Below, piece after piece: positions 23,189 to 34,740 of a DNA stretch of 64,000 nucleotides; position 1 is the stretch's first letter; every line of letters starts with the position of its first letter. Below the pieces are notes generated by a model that saw only the letters and a list, made by a program, of their open reading frames with translations, searched no databases and was not told the origin of the DNA. The DNA is from Squalus acanthias. Taxonomy: Eukaryota. The position numbers and the translations under genes were made by a program. The stretch spans positions 113,834,001-113,898,000 of the forward strand of contig CM059432.1 of NCBI GenBank assembly GCA_030390025.1. Reading direction: 5' to 3'.

Positions 23189-24934
23189 TGTAGGGGGTGG
23201 TGTGGTAGGGTCAGCTTCACCTCTGACTCAGTGAACGGTTCGAATCGCTCCCACGCCCCTGGTTCTAGACCTTGGACTTATTTGGGGGTTGTGAACAAAG
23301 GTGCAGTAGACAACAGGTTTTGATGAAAGAGTTTTGACTTTTATTAAAGAAAAGGTAACAAACTTAAAACACACTTTATGCTTAAACACAGGTTGGGGAA
23401 CACACGGTACAGGCGAGGGAGAATTACAATATACAAAAACCCTTATCCCTCCCAATCCCACTGCCTAGCTAGGTTTAATTCCAGAGGATCAGGGATAATG
23501 CTCACCAATTGACAGTTCTTGACAGTTGAGGTATTTCGCGATTTCGGGGTTCACTGAGGTTTTTGGTTGTTGGGGCCTGCCGTACCCCAGACGTGGTGGA
23601 AGACTTCAGCTGCACTCCAGGTCAGTTTGGGTCTGTCCGCTGATGCGGTAAGGTGCGTTTTGGATTCTATCAGGTGAGTACCCGATTTTCTTCCTTAGAA
23701 GTAGGGTTTGGAGTTTTTTAAGGGAAAATCTTACCCAGGGGTAAGTCAGGAATAGTTTGTAGCGTGGAAACTTGCGTGTCTTCGGGTTTTCCTGGTGTTG
23801 GTCTTTCGGTGTCACCTGGTGGTTGGTTGCTGCGCGGGGCCTTGGTTTCCGCGGTACTTTCAAGTGTCGGTTTGCCTCGTGGAGCCCTTGGCGGCTTTTG
23901 TTGTTGGTTCGTTGCGTTGGAGGCCTGTCGGGGTGGTACCTCCTGGAGCTGGGCCATGTGTTGAGTGATGCCGACTCGCTCCCAGTTCGTGGTCTCAGTT
24001 CCAGCCCTTGCCTGGCCTTGTCTGTCCCTGCCTCCGATCTCGCCTCGGGTCTGCCTGCCTCGTGGCCTGGCTGCTTGTCTCTCCTCCTGCTCGTGTCGTG
24101 TGTGTAGACCCGTCTGTGTAACTCTCTGCTTCTTGGGGGATTAGGCCCTCAATTATACTGTTCAGGCCTATTGTGTTTTTTCGCGCCAAAACCGCTTTAC
24201 TAAATCGGTTTCATGTTGAAGTGATTTAGGTTTCAGTTGAGGCCTGTTTATTCTATTGTCTTAGGTTTTGGCGGGCTCGTTAAGTCTGATGACTTTAACT
24301 TTATGTTAACTTGTCCTAATGGCTTCTGATGTCTCCCATTTAGACAGGGCCTTTATCTACACGCCAAATCTTGCTCCTTTTGTCTTAGGTTTTTGGTGGG
24401 CTCGTTAAGTCTGTTCCTGTAGATACTTGGCTAATTGGTTTTTGATGGGATGATGGGTTGTGAAGCTGTGTGCTGGAAGTTTTATTGTTAGGAATTGTTT
24501 TCAGACTTCCAGCATTCTGTTTGGACCTGGGGATTTCAAAAGGGTCTTGGTTTATTCATTTTTTTGGATGTGTTTGTGAGGTTTTGGGTGAGGCTCTTCC
24601 TCCTTGGTTGGATTGCAGTGCAAACATCTCCCAGACAGCTTGGTTGGGTCCCAATATCCAAAAGCTGTCCATTGCCTCACCACACCCTTTCCCCGCAGCC
24701 TGTCTTGTTTCTGTGACTGCAGGTTTTCCCAATGGCCCTTTTAAAGGTATAGTATTATCCAAAGTCATTTTCCTCAGGGTTTTTCTTCCCTGATCCTTAA
24801 AAATGTCCAAAACTGAGGTTTTGACCTCAAATTCCTTCATTTAGGTCCTATCATTCCAAATTCGTGTCAAGATCCAAAACTCACCCCCTTTAGGGTTCTT
24901 ATGCAAGTTTCTGGGGGATTTTGTGAAGCCTACA
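23189..24934 (-). mobile_element. Solo-LTR-like insertion, 1746 bp
   Basis: TGTAGG...CCTACA termini, 4-bp TSD CAAG (23185-23188 and 24935-24938). Minus-strand AATAAA near 23345-23340. A 32/33-bp direct repeat (24257-24288, 24381-24413). No recognisable coding motifs. Strand is inferred. Confidence 0.78.
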
Positions 24935-25546
24935 CAAGCTCCCACAAACAGCAATGTGATAATGGGGAAAAAATTCAATTCATTTGTGCCTCGTATTAGT
25001 GCCTGGCAGGAACGCTAACGGGACGCTGATGCAGTAGAGCCGCGGCGAGGCAAATCCAGCGATGCATGGCAAATCCGGCCCCCCGGTAGCGCTGCCGCTA
25101 ACTATTAGTGCTGGAGACATCAAGGCCAGGCAGATCATGATGTCAGTGAGCGTACAACACTCACTGGACACCCAATCTGCAAAATTCATTTTCGCCCCCT
25201 GCCTTAGCACCTTGCCCCGACAGTGACAGGGAGAGGAGGCGTCAAGCAAGCGGATGACGGCTCCAGGGCGCTACTTAAAGCTAACCTCAGTAATGAGTCG
25301 CAGCTCTCAGGTTAGTGCTGTTTCACTGCTTCCTCGTCAGTTTGACATTGTGTAACAGTTTAATTCGGTCCTTTAAAGGTTGTTTAGTATCAGGAGTGTT
25401 GTGGTTACTAACAATTAGTTACATTTATTCTCCCAACATATCAAAGTGCTACACTTGGTTACATTAATGGGGGCTATACTGGTAGTCGACCTCACACTCC
25501 AGGATCTACAGCGGAGGGGGCGGAGGCAGCGAGAAAGATTGGAACA

Positions 25547-26045
25547 TGCCTGGATGAGTGCAGCTCCAACAACACTCAAGAAGCTCGACACCATCCAGGA
25601 CAAAGCAGCCCGCTTGATAGGCACCCCATCCACCACCTTAAACATTCACTCCCACCACCACCGGTGTACCATGGCTGCAGTGTGTAACATCTACAAGATG
25701 CACTGCAGCAACTCGCCAAGGCTTCTTTGGCAGCACCTCCCAAACTTGCGACCTCTTCCACCTAGAAGGACAAGGGCAGCAGATGCATGGGAACACCACC
25801 ACCTCCAAGTTCCCCTCCAAGTCACTCACCATCCTGACTTAGAAGTATATCGCCGATCCTTCATCGTCGCTGGGTCAAAATCCTGGAACTCCCTACATAA
25901 CAGCACTGTGGGAGTGCCTTCACCACACGGACTGCAGCGGTTCAAGAAGGCGGCTCACCACCACCTTCTCAAGGGCAATTAGGGATGGGCAATAAATGCT
26001 GGCATTGCCAGCGACGCCCACATCCCATGAACGAATAAAAAAAAA
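25547..26045 (+). mobile_element. Non-LTR retrotransposon 3' fragment (family B, CR1-group-like)
   Basis: AWMSAAPTTLKKLDTIQDKA...WNSL...LLKGN* followed by a 3' UTR and A-rich tail. Same family at 29440, 57526 and 60398. Confidence 0.85.
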
Positions 26046-26049
26046 CAAG

Positions 26050-27645
26050 GACAATAGCGGAGTGCCAGTGGTGGGAGCAGGAATGCTCTCATCCTGAGGG
26101 AGGACAACAGCTTCCTGCTCCACTGACCCACTGCCACTCCCCTGGGGCAGCACCTCAGCATCCCTAGCAATCTGTAGCAGCACAGATGGCTGGCATGCTG
26201 CAACACTGTGAAAGCCCCGGTCGATGGTGGTCGACCCAGCCACGATGGCAACAGTCAGAGCTTGCGTTGCACAAGCTGAGACTGCATTACAGCACTGAGA
26301 CGTTGGGTCGCTTCCGCCTGTGCTGCAATGGAAGCTGCGACATTGCCCATCACACACGGCATCAGATCTGGGTCACCACGGTCTCTCTGCGAGTCTACCA
26401 TCCTTTGCAGACTGGAAATGATGGGCTCCATAGTGTGCGCAGAGCTCTGTGCAATGTTGGAGGCGGATGCCTCCTCGCTCCTTACCATTGCCGAGAGGCT
26501 CTTGGGCACCCTTGCCATTGCACCTATCATCTCCGTGTACATGCCAATCACCCTTCTTTTAAAGGCCTCCCCATTGAGGTTCTCATCTGAGTCCTGTGCA
26601 GCAGAACTCGCGTGCGAACTCGCCCTCTGGGGAGCTGACTCCCGAGCTACCCTTTCCCTCAGCCTTGCTGCAGCCCACTTATACCCGGTGCATCACCCTG
26701 TGCAGATCCCGCTACTATACTAGCCTCTAAAGAACACGTAGTGCCAGTATCTGAGCTGGTGCCTGCGGGTGAGACATGCAGTGACGCAGTGTCTTCTTCC
26801 TCCTCACGCCTCACTCTCAACGGTACCCTCAGGTAAAGGCTACTCAGCTGCTTGCTCATTATCTGAAAGCATAAAGGCACAAGATTCGGGTTAAGGTGAG
26901 GGGAGGGGGGCAGGAAGGGAGAAATGCATGCATGCAGCATGATTAGCTGGAAAGTGCGAAATGCTTGTGGAGTGAGGGGGAAGTGGGATGTGAGAAGAGG
27001 GAGTAGGGATGAATATACCATTGTTGTCACCAAGGGGGTCAATATCGCCGGTGGCTAAGACGACCACCACCTGGTGCCCAATAATGTGCAGCACTGGAGT
27101 CTCCAGCTCAGAAAGTGGTTGGGTGTCAGGTTGTCCCCTGCCTGTGTGCTCCTGCTCCCTCCTGTTGTGAGCCACCTTGGCCTGCAAGAGAAAGGAAAGT
27201 GAGTGAGTGAGTGTGGAGCAATGTGTTTGGGTGATGTGCCTACCATAGTTGAATAGCTGTCACTGTGTGCACGGTGTGAGATGTGGGTGTGAGTGTTGGT
27301 AGGTAGAGATTGTTGGTGGGTGAGTGTTAGTGGTGTGGTGCTTTGGGCAGTGTGTGAAGAATGTGGTTCAGATGTTGGTATGTAGCATTTGTTGAAGCAT
27401 TGACACACCCTGACCACCTGAGTGAGGTCATTAAATTTCTTCCTGCACTGTGTGTGGGTCCTGGGGACCACAGTGCTGCTTGAGACGTGATGGGCTACCT
27501 CCCTCCACATGGTGCGGAAGACTTGCGGCAAGGGCCTCCTGCCGCTTGCCAGGTAGAACACTGCCCTCCGTCTTTCCACTGCAGACACCAATGCATGGTC
27601 GCAGAATCTGAGGGCTCTCTCCCTGGGGCGTGGATCTGCCATCAT
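26050..27645 (-). pseudogene. Harbinger Myb/SANT-like protein pseudogene (3 exons)
   Basis: Exon 1 27645-27409 (LRFCD...WREVA...QCRKKFNDL), exon 2 27181-27019 (AKVAHNRREQEHTGRG), exon 3 from 26862. GT-AG borders. Confidence 0.8.
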
Positions 27646-29157
27646 TACGACTGCTTGAGTCGTCCGGTTCCTTTTCCTTGACCTGCTGCTGCTGGCTGAG
27701 AATGAGGTTCTGCAGCATCAATGAACCTCCCCTTTAAGAACTGGAAAGAGCCTGTGGCAATGATGACTTGTGATTAGACTGCACCTGATAGTGGTCAGAG
27801 CTTCGAGTTTAACGTCACTGAGCTAGGCCATTAGCACTTGATTTAGCTCTCCAATCCTTTCTTTGTGCACTGAGACTTAAATTTGCTTTCAGTCTGAAGC
27901 ATTCACGCCTGCCGCTAATTCTCAAACTTTTCTGGGCGATAATGAATTTCTCCCCCAAACTGTTCTAGTAATGTTGGTTGAGGGATAAATATTGGCCAGG
28001 ACGCTGGCGATAACTCCCCTGCTCTTCTGCAAAATAGTGACGTGGGATCTTTTACATCCACCAGAGAGAGCAGACAGGGCCTCGGTTTATTGTCTCATCC
28101 AAAAGACGGTACCTCCGACAGTGCAGCACTCCCTCAGTACTGCACTGGAGTGACAGCCTAGATTTTTATGCTCAATCTCTGGAGTGGGACTTGAACCCAC
28201 AACCTTCTGACTAAGAGGCGAGAGTGCCACCAATTGATAGAAATTATGTAATATCTGTGACTTATGATTTGCTAATAACATTCTTATTTTTTAATGGTTT
28301 GCGTTATTTCGTAGTATAGGAAATTTGATGAGATAGTTTCCGTGTGAATTTAAGTGTTTTTTACGTATATGCGGCTGCCTCCCATACCTAATGGAGATGT
28401 AGAGTTAAAAAGAGAGGCCATGGAGGAAGGAAAGTTAACAAATGTAGAAACACAATGCAGAGTATGCGATAAAATGAGCCAGTAGAAAGTCAAGATGTGT
28501 CGTCTCCTCTGTGCTCAGAGGGAACAGGAAGTGACGGAGAGAAAGGCAGGAAATGGACAAGGAACTGTTGCTGGAGCAGACATTGAAGGGAGGCTGAAAT
28601 GGTTCTTCAGCAAATAGGAAGCAGGGAGTTGAAAATTATGGTATTGTTAAAACAGATGGACTTATTTGTCAAAAGTGGCCAAATTGTCCAGGAGTTACAG
28701 CTGATTTTTGACATTTATAAGAATCAAAATATTGCTTTTGAAATGTTAGTAATAATCTCATCACGTGCCATTCCAGCGATACTCTTCTGAACACTGACCT
28801 TCCTAATTTACATATCAGAAGATAATAATGAAAATGAAATGAAAATAGCAGAAAATTTATTTTCTGTCTGTGTTACTCAGCAGCTTATGTCCAAATTGCC
28901 TTTTCTGTGAGTTCAAACAACGTTCCTGGGTTGTTTTTTAATCTTGTTTAAGTTCGATGATTTAAAACATTTTGGAAATGGTTTCTGCCATTTTCTGTTC
29001 TTCTTGTGCAAACATTCGTCAGAAGAAATCGAGTTAGCGAGCATTTTGGATTACTGTAATTATTAAGTGTGTTTAGGAGAGCTTTATTTATGCCACTTTA
29101 TAACCAGAAATGCTGGCAAATGGGTTGAAGAGTTATGAGGGATGGGCAAATCTAACA

Positions 29158-29171
29158 CTGCCACCTAGTGG
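29158..29171 (-). promoter_or_regulatory. Candidate CTCF binding site
   Basis: Minus strand CCACTAGGTGGCAG(TG) closely matches the CTCF core consensus and lies in non-repeat sequence. Confidence 0.45.
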
Positions 29172-30025
29172 TTTAAATTTAAATTTCACCTATCCCTGAG
29201 ATTCACCAGAACATCACGAATCCCAAAAAATGTCAGCCTCCATTCGGAGACAAATCTGATTCTTTTGGATGCAACACAATTTCAAAAGAGACAGGTATAT
29301 TATGTAGTACTAAGTTTAGACTATAATATCACAGCTTCAATTCAGGATATCCACAAAAGAAGAATCAGGTTTGCACTGCGACCCTTAGCCAGGAGTCTGT
29401 AAGAGCCAGGCCATTAATCCAGTCTGATCTTCCTTCCTTTTTATTCATTCACAGGACCTGGGCGTCACTGACAAGGCCAGCATTTATTGCCCATCCCTAA
29501 TTGCCCTTGAGAAGGTGATGGTGAGCCGCCTTCTTGAACCGCTGCAGTCCGTGTGGTGAAGGTACTCCCACAGTGTTGTTAGGGAGGGAGTTCCAGGATT
29601 TTGACCCAGCGATGATGAAGGATCGGCGATATACTTCTAAGTTAGGATGGTGTGTGACTTGGAGGGGAACTTGGAGGTGGTGGTGTTCCCATGCGCCTGC
29701 TGCCCTTGTCCTTCTAGGTGGAAGAGGTCGCGGTATTGGGAGGTGCTGCCGAAGAAGCCTTGGCGAGTTGCTGCAGTACATCTTGTAGATGGTACACACT
29801 GCAGCCACGGTGCGTCGGTGGTGGAGGGAATGAATGTTTAAGGTGGTGGATGGGGTGCCAACCAAGCGGGCTGCTTTGTCTTGGATGGTGTCGAGCTTCT
29901 TGAGTGTTGTTGGAGCTGCACTCATCCAAGAAAGTGGAGAGTATTCCATCGCACTCCTGACTTGTGCCTTGTAGATGGTGGAAAGGCTTTGGGGAATCAG
30001 GAGGTGAATCACTCGCCGCAGAATA

Positions 30026-32380
30026 CAAAAACATCAACAACATTTATTTAGCGCCTTTAACATAGTAAAATATCCCAAGGCGCTTCACAGAAGCGTTATC
30101 AAACAAAAATTGACACCGAGCCATATAAGGAGAAATTAGGGCAGATAACCAAAAGCTTGGTCAAAGAGGCAGGTTTTAAGCAGCGTCTTAAAGGAGGAGA
30201 GCGAGGTATACAGACGGAGAGGTTTAGGGAGAGAATTCCAGAGCTTAGGACCGAGGCAGCTGAAGGTACGGCCACCAATGGTGGAGTGATTAAAATCGGA
30301 CATGCTCAAGAGGCCAGAATTGGAGGAGCGCAGATATCTCGAAGGGTTGTAGGGCTGGAAGAGATTACAGAGATAGGGAGGGGCGAGGCCATGGAGGGAT
30401 TTAAAAACAAGGATGAGAATTTTTAAATCGAGATGTTGCTTACTCTGGAGTCAATGTAGGTCAGCGAACACAGGGATAATGGGTGATCAGGACTTGGTGC
30501 GAGTTAGGACACAGGCAGCTGAGTTTTGGATGGCCTCAAGTTTACACAGGGTAGAAAATGGAAGGCCGGCCAGGAGTGCGTTGGAATTGTCAAGTCTAGA
30601 GGTACCAAAGGCATAGATGACGGTTTCTGCAGCAGGTGAGCTGAGGCACGGGCGGAGTCGGGCGATGTTACGAAGGTTGAAATAGGTGCTCTTAGTGATA
30701 GCGCGGATATGTGGTCGGAAGCTCATCTTGGGGTCAAATATGACACCAAGGCTGCTAACAGTCTGGTTCAGCCTCAGACAGTGGCCAGGGAGAGGAATGA
30801 AGTCGGTGGCTAGGGGACGGAGTTTGTGGCGGGGACTGAAGACAATGGCTTTATTCTTCCCAATATTTAGTTGGAAGAAATTTCTGCTCATCCAGTACTG
30901 GATGTTGGACCAGCAGTGTGACAATTTAGAGAGTGGAGAGGTTGAGAGAGGTGGTGGTGAGGTAGAGCTGGGTGTCGTCAGCGTACATGTGGAAACTGAC
31001 ACTGTGTTTTTGGATGATGTCGCCGAGGGACATCATGCGGATGAGAAATAGGAGGGGGCCAAGGATAGATCCTTGAGGGACACCAGAGGTAATGATGCGG
31101 GAGTGGAAACAAAAGCAATTGCAGGTGATTCTCTCGCTGCAACTAGATAGATAAGAATGGAACCAGGCGAGTGCAGTCCCACCCAGCTGCACCAACGGTG
31201 GAGAGGTGTTGGAGGAGGATGGAGTGGTCAACCGTGTCAAAGGCGGCAGACAGGTCGAGAAGGACGAGAAGGGATAGTTTACCATTGTCACAGCCACATA
31301 GGATGTAATTTGTGACTTTGATCAGAGCTGTTTTGGTACTGTGGCAAGGGAGGAAACCTGATTGGAGGGATTCAAACATGAAGTTCTTGGAAAGATGGGC
31401 ACGGATTTGGGAGGTGACAACACATTCAAGGACTTTGGAGAGGAAAGGGAGGTTGGAGGTGGGGCGGTAGTTTGCAAGGACGGAGGTGTCAAGGGTTGTT
31501 TTTTTGAGGAGAGGGTTGATGACGGCAGATTTGAAGGAGAGGGGGACAGTACCTGACAATGTCAGCTAACATGGGAGTCAGGAAGGGAAGTTGGGTGGTC
31601 AGCAATTTGGTGGGAATAGGGTCGAGGGAGCAGGAAGTGGGTCTCATGAACAAGATGAGCTCGGAGAGAGCATGAGGGGAGATCGGAGAGAAACTAGAGA
31701 AAGATGCAAGTTCAGGGCTAGGGCAGGGGGAACGTTAGAGGAAGTTTGGCCCAGTGGGCTAGGGGAAGGAAGGGGAGTGGCAGAGGCAGCTGAACGGATG
31801 GTCTCAATTTTAGTGACAAAGAAATCCATGATCTCCTCGCACTTGTTGTTGGAGGTGAGGGTGGAGGAGACAGGGGAGATTGGTTTAAGAAGACGGTTTG
31901 CAGTAAAGAGAAGCCGGGGATTATCTTTGCATTCCAGGATGATCCTGGAATAGTGAGCAGTTTTGGCAGAGGAGAGCAGGATCAGATTGTGCTTTATGTG
32001 GTCCAGCCAGATCTGGCGGTGAATGGCTAAACCAATTGTCTGCCATATCCGTTCAACTCTGAGTCCCTTCGATTTAAGGGAGTGAAGATGAGGGCCGTAC
32101 CAGGGGGAACGGCCAGGAGGAGAGGGAGTAATTGTTTTAATAGGGACTAGGGCATCAAAGGTGGTGGTGAGGGTGTGGTTGAGCAGATCGGTAGCTGCAG
32201 AATTGTTGTGGTGAATGGAGGGCCAAAGGCTGGACTGTTGGAATTTTGGAAGTGCAGTTGTAAGTGAATTGGGGGAGAGTTTTTCCCAGGGGCGGACATG
32301 GAAGGAAGTAGGGTTGAGAGGTGGAAGGAGGATGTGGGTGAAGAATGATACAAGGAAGTGATCAGAGATGGCCTTATCCA
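30026..32380 (-). mobile_element. L2 LINE, 5'-truncated ORF2
   Basis: ORFs 31644..32405, 31143..31559 ([26 protein letters not shown]), 30926..31297 (GVPQGSILGP, YADD) and 30487..31002. (TTG)n tail. Confidence 0.9.
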
Positions 32381-32533
32381 CCCTCTGACCTGCTCTTGTA
32401 GCCATAGTATTTATGTGGCTGGTCCAGTTAAATTTCTGGCCAATGGTGACCCCCAGGATGTTGATGGTAGGGGATTCGATGATAGTAATGCAATCGAATG
32501 GGAGGTGGTTATATCTCTCTCTTGTTGGAGATA

Positions 32534-32708
32534 AATGAGAAGTCGCACAACACCAGGTTATAGTCCAACAGATTTATTTAAAATTACAAGCTTTCGGAGC
32601 TATCCTGCCCCTTCTTCAGGTAGAGTTACTGTCTGTTGGACTATAACCTGGTGTTGTGCGACTTCTCATTTTTGTCCACCCCAGTCCAACGCCGGCATCT
32701 CCACATCA
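32534..32708 (-). mobile_element. Second copy of the Penelope-like inverted-repeat insertion, with a hammerhead-like core
   Basis: 12-bp TSD TTGTTGGAGATA (32522-32533 and 32709-32720). About 39-bp inverted arms. Minus strand TAC-CTGAAGA-A-GGGGC-AGGATA-GCTCC-GAAA-GC-TT-GTA at about 32622-32585. Confidence 0.78.
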
Positions 32709-34365
32709 TTGTTGGAGATAGTCATTGTTTGGCGCTTGTGTGGCATGAATGTTGCCTGCCACTTACCAGCTCAAGCCTGGATGTTGTCCAGGTCTTACTG
32801 CATGTGGGCACAGACAGCTTCATTATCTGAGGAGTTGCGAATGGCACTGAACACTGTGCAATCATCAGCGAACATCCCCACTTCTGACCTTATAATGGAG
32901 CAAAAGTGATTGATAAAGCAGCTGAAGATGGTTGGGCCTAGGACACTGCCCTGAGGAACTCCTGCCGCGATATCCTGGGGGCTGAGATGATTAGCCTCCA
33001 TCAACCACAACCATCTTCCTTTGTGCTAGGTATGACTCCAGCCAGTGAAGAGTTTCCCCCTGATTCCCATTGACTTCAATTTTACTAGGGCTCCTTGATG
33101 CCACACTCGGTCAAATGCTGCCTCATTGCCAAGGGCAGTCAATCTCACCTCACCTCTGGAATTCAGTTCTTTTGTCCATGTTTGAACCAAGGCTGTAATG
33201 AGGTCTGGAGCCGATTGGTCCTGGCAGAACCCAAACTGAGCATTGGTGAGAAGGTTCTTGGTGAGTAAGTGTCACTTGATAGCACTGTCGACGACACCTT
33301 CCATCACTTTGCTGATGATTGAGAGTAGGCAGATGGGCTGGTAATTGGCCGGATTGGATTTGTCCTCCTTTTTTGGACAGGACATATGTGGGCAATTTTC
33401 CACTTTGTCGGGTAGATGCCAGTTTTGTAGTTGTACTGGAACAGCTTGGCTAGAGATGCGGCTAGTTCTGGAGCACAAGTCTTCAGCACGACAGCTGGGA
33501 TGTTGTCAGGGGTCCATAGCCTTTGCTGTATCCAGTGCGCGCAGCCATTTCCTGATATCACGTGAATTGAATCCAGTTGGTTGAAGACTTGCATCTGTGA
33601 TGGTGGGGACCTCAGGTGGAGGCTGAGATGGATCATCCGCTTGGCACTTCTGGCTGAAGATGTTTGCAAATGCCTCAGCATTGTCTTTTGCACTCGCGTG
33701 CTAGGCTCCACCATCATTGAGGATGGGGATATTCATGGAGCCTCCTCCTCGTTGTTTAATGGCCCACCACCCTTCATGACCGGATGTGGCAGGACTACAG
33801 AGCCTTGATCTTATCCGTTGGGTGTGGGATCGCTTAGCTCTGCCTCTGCTTCAAGTCCAAGCAAGTCACATTTCAGAGCTGAATGGGACTTAAAACTGCA
33901 TCTGCCCCTACTAGGACAGTGAGCAGCAACAGTCAGCACTACTACAATGGTGTTTGCATCAAAGCAGACCACTTAATCTAACTGGTTAATGTATTCATGG
34001 TGCACTCTTCTGTGAAACATGAATTATTCATGTACTTAGTCTGTAATGTAACTAATGTTCCTTTACCTAAATCATAGTGCGATTAAACAAATTAACATAA
34101 TTAACTAGACCCATTTTACTTTCCATACTAAGTGTTCACATTTAATTGTCACTATTGGAGTACCTAATCATTGTTTCTGTAAAAGGCCCTGAACTTGACC
34201 CAGAACCAAATACATGTGTCCTCCACTTACTCCGTCCATGCCCTAATGTTCCAAGCAGTGGTGTATGAGGGATATTTTGGAGAGTGGAACTAAAGGTCTG
34301 TCACTGTTCTCAAATTGCTTTGTTCACTGTCCTTCCAATGTTAATAAAATTTCTAAAAGCAAAAA

Positions 34366-34740
34366 AGGGCCAATGGGACAGTCGGCACTTTTTCGCCAAC
34401 AAAAAAAGGCAGGAAGCGGTCGCCTTTAAATAGCGCTCCCCAGTCCCTTCCTGACTGCAAAACGCTCCCCTCAAACTGTCGTTGCTAGCGGCAGGCGGTA
34501 AGGCAGGGGGCGCCACTCAATATCCGCTCCGGGGCGCTACCGGGGCGTTGCGCACTTGACTGACGTCACGATCTGCCGGCGCAGGAGATTGTGGCAGTAC
34601 TGTTTAGCGCCGCCTCAAAATGTCCAGTTAATTTCGCGAGCGGTGCAAACATCGCCGCGCCCGGGCGCTAGTTGCTTTGCGCCCCATTAGCGCCCTCTTA
34701 AGGCGCTAGTGGGAGGCGCAACCAACTGAATTTATCCCCC
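34366..34740. mobile_element. Harbinger-type MITE or terminal fragment
   Basis: GC-rich with repeated TAGCGCC motifs. Ends in GAATTTATCCCCC like the H1 and H3 termini. Confidence 0.55.

Larger units (their letters stand above)
24964..27956. mobile_element. Internally deleted Harbinger transposon H3
   Basis: TIR GGGGAAAAAATTCAATT / AATGAATTTCTCCCC. Myb-like gene on the minus strand. Most of the transposase is missing. Confidence 0.82.
23049..28235 (-). mobile_element. Full-length Deu-domain tRNA-derived SINE split into three pieces (23049-23188, 24939-24963, 27957-28235)
   Basis: The pieces join into a colinear copy of the 20285-20655 SINE plus a tRNA-like head (GGTTCAAGTCC B-box on the minus strand near 28190). 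Confidence 0.85.
29440..33850 (-). mobile_element. Family B LINE ORF2 fragment interrupted by an L2 and a Penelope-like insertion
   Basis: ORFs 33304..33717, 33272..33478 (ANYQPICLL), 32795..33010 ([14 protein letters not shown]) and 29497..30012. Colinear across the insertions. Confidence 0.88.

Noticed and set aside
23606..24840. Short ORFs within the solo LTR as accessory viral genes
   Set aside because: They are low-complexity products of the strand skew, with no motif I can recognise.
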